A program made the translations under genes and the position numbers. Positions 16,885 to 22,180 of a stretch of DNA of 22,180 nt are shown here, in pieces. Positions within the stretch are counted from its first letter, which is position 1. Each line of letters begins with the position of its first letter. This DNA is from Leidyana gryllorum EB-2025a (Eukaryota; Protista; Apicomplexa). The notes beneath the pieces were generated by a model, which worked only from the letters and a program-made list of their open reading frames with translations, searched no databases and was not told where the DNA came from. The stretch is taken from positions 1-22,180 of the forward strand of contig JBLWGC010000037.1 in the NCBI GenBank assembly GCA_048772705.1, written 5' to 3'.

Positions 16885-18260
16885 AACTTGTACCAGATGA
16901 TACTTGTGTTACACATCTCTTTGCAGCACCTTCAGTACCCCTTTGCAACATGTTCGAGACTTGTTTGCGACATGTTTGACACTTGTTTGCTACCTGTTTC
17001 ACACTTGTTTCCTACTTGCTTGCTACTTGTTTGATACTTCTTTGAAACTTGTTTGCCACATGCTTTACACTTGCTTCCCACTTCTTTGCCACATCTTTCA
17101 TACTTCTTTGACACTCAGTTGAGACTTGTTCGCCACATGTTAAACACTTTTCTGCCACATATTTCACACTTGTTTGATACTCGTTTGACACGTGCTTGCC
17201 ACTTCTTCGCCACATGTTTAACACTTGTTTGAAACTCCGTTGAGACTTGTTCACCACATGTTTAACACTTTTTTCCCACATGTTCCACACTTGTTTGACA
17301 CTCGTTTGAAACTTGTTTGCCGCATGCTTTACACTTGCTTGCCAGTTCTTTGCCACATGTTTAACACTTGTTTGAAACTCCGTTGAGACTTGTTCGCCAC
17401 ATGTTTAACACTTTTTTGCCACAACTTGTTTGATACTTCTTTGAAACTTGTTTGCCACATGCTTTACACTTGCTTGCCAGTTCTTTGCCACATGTTTAAC
17501 ACTTGTTTGAAACTCCGTTGAAACTTGTTCGCCACATGTTTAACACTTTTTTGCCACATGTTCCACACTTGTTTGACACTTGTTTGCGACATCTTTGGCA
17601 CTTGTTTGCCACATGCTTTACACTTGCTTGCCAGTTCTTTGCCACATGTTTAACACTTGTTTGAAACTCTGTTGAGACTTGTTCGCCACATGTTTAACAC
17701 TTTTTTGCCACATGTTCCACACCTGTTTGACACTCGTTTGACACTTGTTTGCGACATCTTTGGCACTTGTTTTGCTACTTGTTTGCCACGTGTTACACAC
17801 ACGTTTGCCACTTGTTTCCTACATGTTTGCCACATGTTTCACACTCGTTTGACACTCGTTTGACACTCGTTTGACACTTGTTTGCGACATCTTTGGCACT
17901 TGTTTTGCTACTTGTTTGCCACGTGTTACACACACGCTTGCCACTTGTTTCCTACATGTTTGCCACATGTTTCACACATCTTTGACACTTGTTTGCTACT
18001 TGTTTGCCACGTGTGACACACATGTTTGCCACTTGTTTGTTGCCACATGTTTCACACCTGTTTGACACTCGTTTGCGATATGTTTGCGACATCTTTGACA
18101 CTTGTTTGCGAGTTGTTTGCAGCATGTTTGAGACTTGTTGCGAACTTGTTTGACCCTTGCTTCGCGACATGTTTGACACTTGTTTGCAACATGTTCCAGC
18201 CTTGTTTGACACTGGTTTCCGAGTTGTTTGACACTTGTTTCACACTTCTTTGCTACTTGA
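16885..18260. repeat. 11-bp minisatellite/satellite array (~125 degenerate units, consensus ~ACACTTGTTTG / CCACATGTTTG) with higher-order blocks
   Basis: Continuous 11-nt periodicity. The diagnostic variant CATGCTTTACAC recurs at 17059, 17323, 17458 and 17612 (spacings 264, 135, 154). Confidence 0.92.
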
Positions 18261-18853
18261 TAGGTACTTAAATGACACTTCTCTACAAGTCGTTTGAACT
18301 CGTACATATCGTTCCAGAGCAATTGCACGCAAGATTGATGCAATTGGTTCGTTCTACTTATCACATTCACGATAGGTTGCTAACTATTCCATCAATAAAT
18401 AAATCTCACAGAAACAATGGGTACGGGGAAGCGCCCGAGCGAAGCGACAAGGGCGCTCCCCACACCCCATCAATACTTCTTCACGCACACTATTACTCAA
18501 CGTACATATCAGCCTTAACATCCCGCTCGTACACTAACAATTCGAATACTCATAACTCTTAGCATATATACACTCTCTCAATGTTTTATAGCAAACAACT
18601 GACCACCACCCTCTTACAACACCTCGAACTACATCACAATTGTCAATATACTCCTATTAACCTACCTATCATTAGCCAAATTCATGTCGTCCGCATCAAC
18701 ACTCAAATCCTATGCATAACTTGACTCCATCCGCATATTCTTACAAATTCCCATTCACTCCAATACATAATGCCCACGGTACGCATTGGACTCATGACAT
18801 TCTTCTCAACACTCTCAATTCAACTTGAATCTCATTGATTCCCCTATATCTAG

Positions 18854-19066
18854 TGTGATGGCGGCGACTTTCCAAGTCCCGGAGTTGCATTTCGTTAAGT
18901 TAGCGGTAAGGTTTCGGTAAGTCTTAGAGCGCACACGTGTGTCCGCGTCTCCTGTTTTTGTTGTGTTCATGTCATGTAATTAAAACTTATGCTTAAATCT
19001 ACACTAACGCTGATCTAACTAACTGTCGCTTCGGGGGAAGGCGTGGGTGGTGATGTCTCCGTTACA
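18854..19066 (-). repeat. RE5 3' LTR (213 bp, distal end inferred)
   Basis: TGT start after GGGAGGGA (same GRDV-coding junction as RE1). Ends CACA where composition switches abruptly to the G-poor flank. Internal ATG at 18890 in the same 3n+1 phase as in the other LTRs. The partner LTR is not in the window. Confidence 0.72.
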
Positions 19067-21768
19067 TCCCTCCCGGGGCGTTCTTCTTCAACGTTGGCGT
19101 ATGGGTTGCCTGGGTTTTGTCTGTTGTAATTTCTCTTGAATTCTTGGATTAGATCTGCTCCGTCTGCATTTAGTACTTCTTGCTCTGGTTCCCATGTTTT
19201 GTCCGTGTATCCTTGCCATTGAATCTGATAATATGTTCCTCTCTCGTCTGTTCTTTCTCCCAGAATTTTTTCCATTATGTATAGTGTCGCCTCCTGGCTT
19301 GGTGCTTCTCGTGGGTTATGCGTCGTGTCGGTTCGGTGTGGTTCTCCTCTCTGTGTATTAGAGTCCGTTTCTCTCGTTTGTGCGTTGAACTTCTGGAGTC
19401 TGGATACGTGGAACGTGTCGAAGAGGTTCCAGTGTATCGGTAGTGCTAACTTGTATGTGTCGTGCTCTCCAACCTTTGTGATCTCGAAGGGACCAATATA
19501 TGGGTTTGCTAGTTTGTGGTGAGGTATGTGCCGGATGTTTCGAGTGTCCAGTATCACCAATTCGCCCATTCTGAACTTCTGTTCTCTTCTTCGCTGATCG
19601 GTGTTCGCCTTTTGCCGTTCTTTTGCTTGCTTCAGTCTGTCATGTGCCTCTTGAATTCGTTGGTAGTACAGTTTCAAGCCTCGTTGTGTGGTGGGCGCGT
19701 ATTGTATCGTCCACCAATCTTGGGCCGTTCTTAGTTTTCGTCCTGTGTCGATCTCTGCTGGGGAACTTCGTGTGGATGATTGGGGTGCGGAATTATACGC
19801 TATCTCTACTGCCGATATGTAAGATGTCCAGTTTCGACCGACTCCCCCTAGTGTGCAGCGTAAGATTTGTGTGATGCTCCGATTCGCACGTTCGACGAGT
19901 CCATTGCTTTGTGGGTGGCTAGTTGTACTCATGGCTAGGTTGATGCCGAGTTGTTCCATTGTTTTGGTCCAAAAATCGGACAGAAACCTTGGGTCTCTAT
20001 CCGAGATGATCTTGGATGGGATTCCGTGTATCCTCACGATATTATCGATGAAAAGGGTCGCCGCTTCTTCTGCCGTCACTGTCTTTTTGCACGGTGTCAG
20101 TCGTATTCTGCGGCTAACTCGGTCTGCGACGACCATAAGATAGTTCTGTCCCGTGTCGGGGTCTTCAGGCAATTCCAAGAAATCTAGCCCTACATGTTGC
20201 CACGGGAACAAGGGGTCTTCTATTGGGTTCAGCAACCCTCCGGGTTTCTGGCTCCTCTTCTTCCCCAGTTGGCAGTTTCTACACTCCCTACACGCTTGGT
20301 TGACGTCGGCGGCCATTCCGTGCCAGACGAATGATGCGCGGATCCGCCCTAGCGTCTTCTCGCTGCCGAAATGCCCTGCCAATTTGGATGAGTGGTTTTC
20401 GTCAATGATTTCTCTTATCAGCTGTGGTTCTGGGGGTATGATGATGACTCCGTCTTCGTCTATGGGTATCCCTTCAATCCACGTCATTCCCGCCCACTGG
20501 TTCGCTATCTCTTCTTTCCCCCTCCATGCCAGTCTGATTCGCTCTTCCAAGGGTGTGGTTGTTTCAATGGCCGTCCATGTCTCGGGTGTGATATCCTTCC
20601 CTCTCACCGGGCGACTGAGTAGGTCTGCCACAATGTTATTGGTTCCCGGTAGATATTGGATATTGATGTCAAACTCTGCCATCGCTGTAATCCATCGTAT
20701 TTGTCTTTCTGTCAGATTTGATTGGTTCATAAGATGTGTGAGGGGTTTGTGGTCAGTTTTGATGATCACCTTCCTCCCCAGAAGTAAGTGTGCCAATGTT
20801 TCAGGCACTGTATTATCGCGAGTAGCTCTCGCTCGTGTGTGGCGTACCGCTGCTCCGCATCCTTCAATGTACGGGAATAGAATTCGATGGGTTTCATATA
20901 TCCAAGTTCCTCTTCTTCCAGTACCCCACCTATGGCTTTCCCGGATGCGTCCGTTTTGATGGTCAGGGTGTCCTTATCCGGGTTCGGGTAGCCTAGTAAA
21001 GTTCCTGTGGTCAATGCTGCTTTTAAGTCTGCCCATGCTCGGCTCAGTTCGCTGGTGGTTCCGATTGTTTCACTAGGCTTCTTTTTCCCTTTCAAGCTGT
21101 CGTAGAGAGGGCTCGCTATGTGTGCAAAATTTTTGATGAAACGGCGGTAAAAATTGAAAATGCCTAGTCCTCTCTGCATTCCTCGGTACGTGGTGGGTAT
21201 TGGAAGCTTCTCTATGAATTCGAGCTTTTCGTTTATGGGTGATATGCCCTGTGCGCTTATGTGGTGGCCTATGTAAGTCACGCTTGACTGATAGAACTTT
21301 GATTTCCTGCGGTGGGCAATCAATCCATTATTTCTCAATCGTTGTAGCACTTGTTTCAAGTGGTCTGTGTGTTCTTCTTGGGAGAGTGAATATATGAGAA
21401 TATCGTCCAGGTAAACGAAGACAAATTCGCCAATCAATCCTTGTAGCACTCTGTTCATTAGGGCCATGAATGTGGACGGGGCGTTGGAAAGTCCGTTCGG
21501 CATTCCGACCCATTCATAGTGTCCCCATGGAGTGGAGAAAGCCGTATATTTCTGACTCTTCGGTTCCATGCATACTTGGAAGTATCCCGATTTTAGGTCA
21601 ATTATCGAGAATACTTTTGCCCCTGCCAGGCTCTGGAGTCCGTCTTCCATCCGTGGGATGTTTGGGGCCATTCGGCGGGTGAGTGCATTGATGCCTCTAT
21701 AGTCACAAACCAGCCTCGGTATGTGGGTGTCCTTTTTTGGCACGAACATACACGGGGCAGCCCATTCT
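19015..21768 (-). pseudogene. pol: RE5 pol (RT-RH-IN-chromodomain) with a 1-nt frameshift in RNase H
   Basis: ORFs 20766..21812 (IDLKSGYFQV, YLDD, TDAS, ERELLA) and 19015..20808 (TDHKPL, HHCC, DDE, GPF, chromodomain). One missing base at ~20791 restores LKHW-R-HLLLGR. It could be a real mutation or a sequencing error. Confidence 0.9.
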
Positions 21769-21769
21769 C

Positions 21770-22180
21770 GAGAGGGCGACACCGATAGCGAAGCAGCCTT
21801 ACCGTATTCCACAGAGATGGCTGAAGGAAATGAGAGATCAAATTGGAAGCATGCTCAAAAGCGGACTGATAAAACCCAGCACGTCAGAATGGGCTGCCCC
21901 GTGTATGTTCGTGCCAAAAAAGGACACCCACATACCGAGGCTGGTTTGTGACTATAGAGGCATCAATGCACTCACCCGCCGAATGGCCCCAAACATCCCA
22001 CGGATGGAAGACGGACTCCAGAGCCTGGCAGGGGCAAAAGTATTCTCGATAATTGACCTAAAATCGGGATACTTCCAAGTATGCATGGAACCGAAGAGTC
22101 AGAAATATACGGCTTTCTCCACTCCATGGGGACACTATGAATGGGTCGGAATGCCGAACGGACTTTCCAACCTCCTCCAC
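21770..22180 (+). pseudogene. pol: Inverted copy of the RE5 reverse transcriptase N-terminus (runs off the window)
   Basis: The plus strand translates ERATPIAKQPYRIPQRWLKEMRDQIGSMLKSGLIKPSTSEWAAPCMFVPKKDTHIPRLVCDYRG.... 21886..22171 is the reverse complement of 21483..21768. Confidence 0.88.

Larger units (their letters stand above)
18854..21768 (-). mobile_element. RE5: chromovirus-type LTR retrotransposon, 3' two-thirds, broken at an inversion
   Basis: RT-RH-IN-chromodomain homologous to RE1 and RE4, followed by a short purine tract (GGGAGGGA) and a TGTAAC...ATCACA segment. Confidence 0.9.

Noticed and set aside
16904-18370. Short ORFs with 11-residue periodicity (LEA/coiled-coil-like) in the satellite
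   Set aside because: They occur in several frames on both strands and are repeatedly broken, as expected from translating an 11-bp repeat.

Overview
Eukaryotic, host-gene-free, repeat-only window. About 18.7 kb consists of five different Ty3/Gypsy (Metaviridae) chromovirus-type LTR retrotransposons, four of them nested. RE1 (1..5117, -, intact, 283-bp LTRs) sits in the integrase of RE2. Only the 3' end of RE2 is visible (5118..6036, +), and it sits in the 5' LTR of RE3 (6037..15424, +, decayed). The pol of RE3 is split by intact RE4 (7570..12365, -, 168-bp LTRs, 5-bp TSD CATAC). A 3.4-kb non-coding block follows (15425..18853): a ~448-bp duplication with three copies of a GNRA hairpin, four 43/44-bp repeats, a ~1.4-kb 11-bp satellite and a G-poor tract. 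RE5 (18854..21768, -) ends in a fold-back inversion at the window end. The most unusual feature is an architecture shared by all five families. The elements measurable here are very compact (~4.7-5.1 kb). Each LTR carries an ATG exactly 3n+1 nt from its 3' end, so Gag starts inside the LTR and is translated through the att site and the tRNA-iMet-type PBS (encoding I-G-S-S). Several of these LTR-encoded peptides (MDLRSGR, MHLRSKK, MTTRSKK) resemble nucleosome acidic-patch tethering motifs. Gag-Pol is joined by a conserved G_GAT_TTT -1 slippery site plus stem-loop. Pol ends in a chromodomain with an intact aromatic cage and usually terminates inside the 3' LTR. All comparisons were made by eye; no database searches were run.
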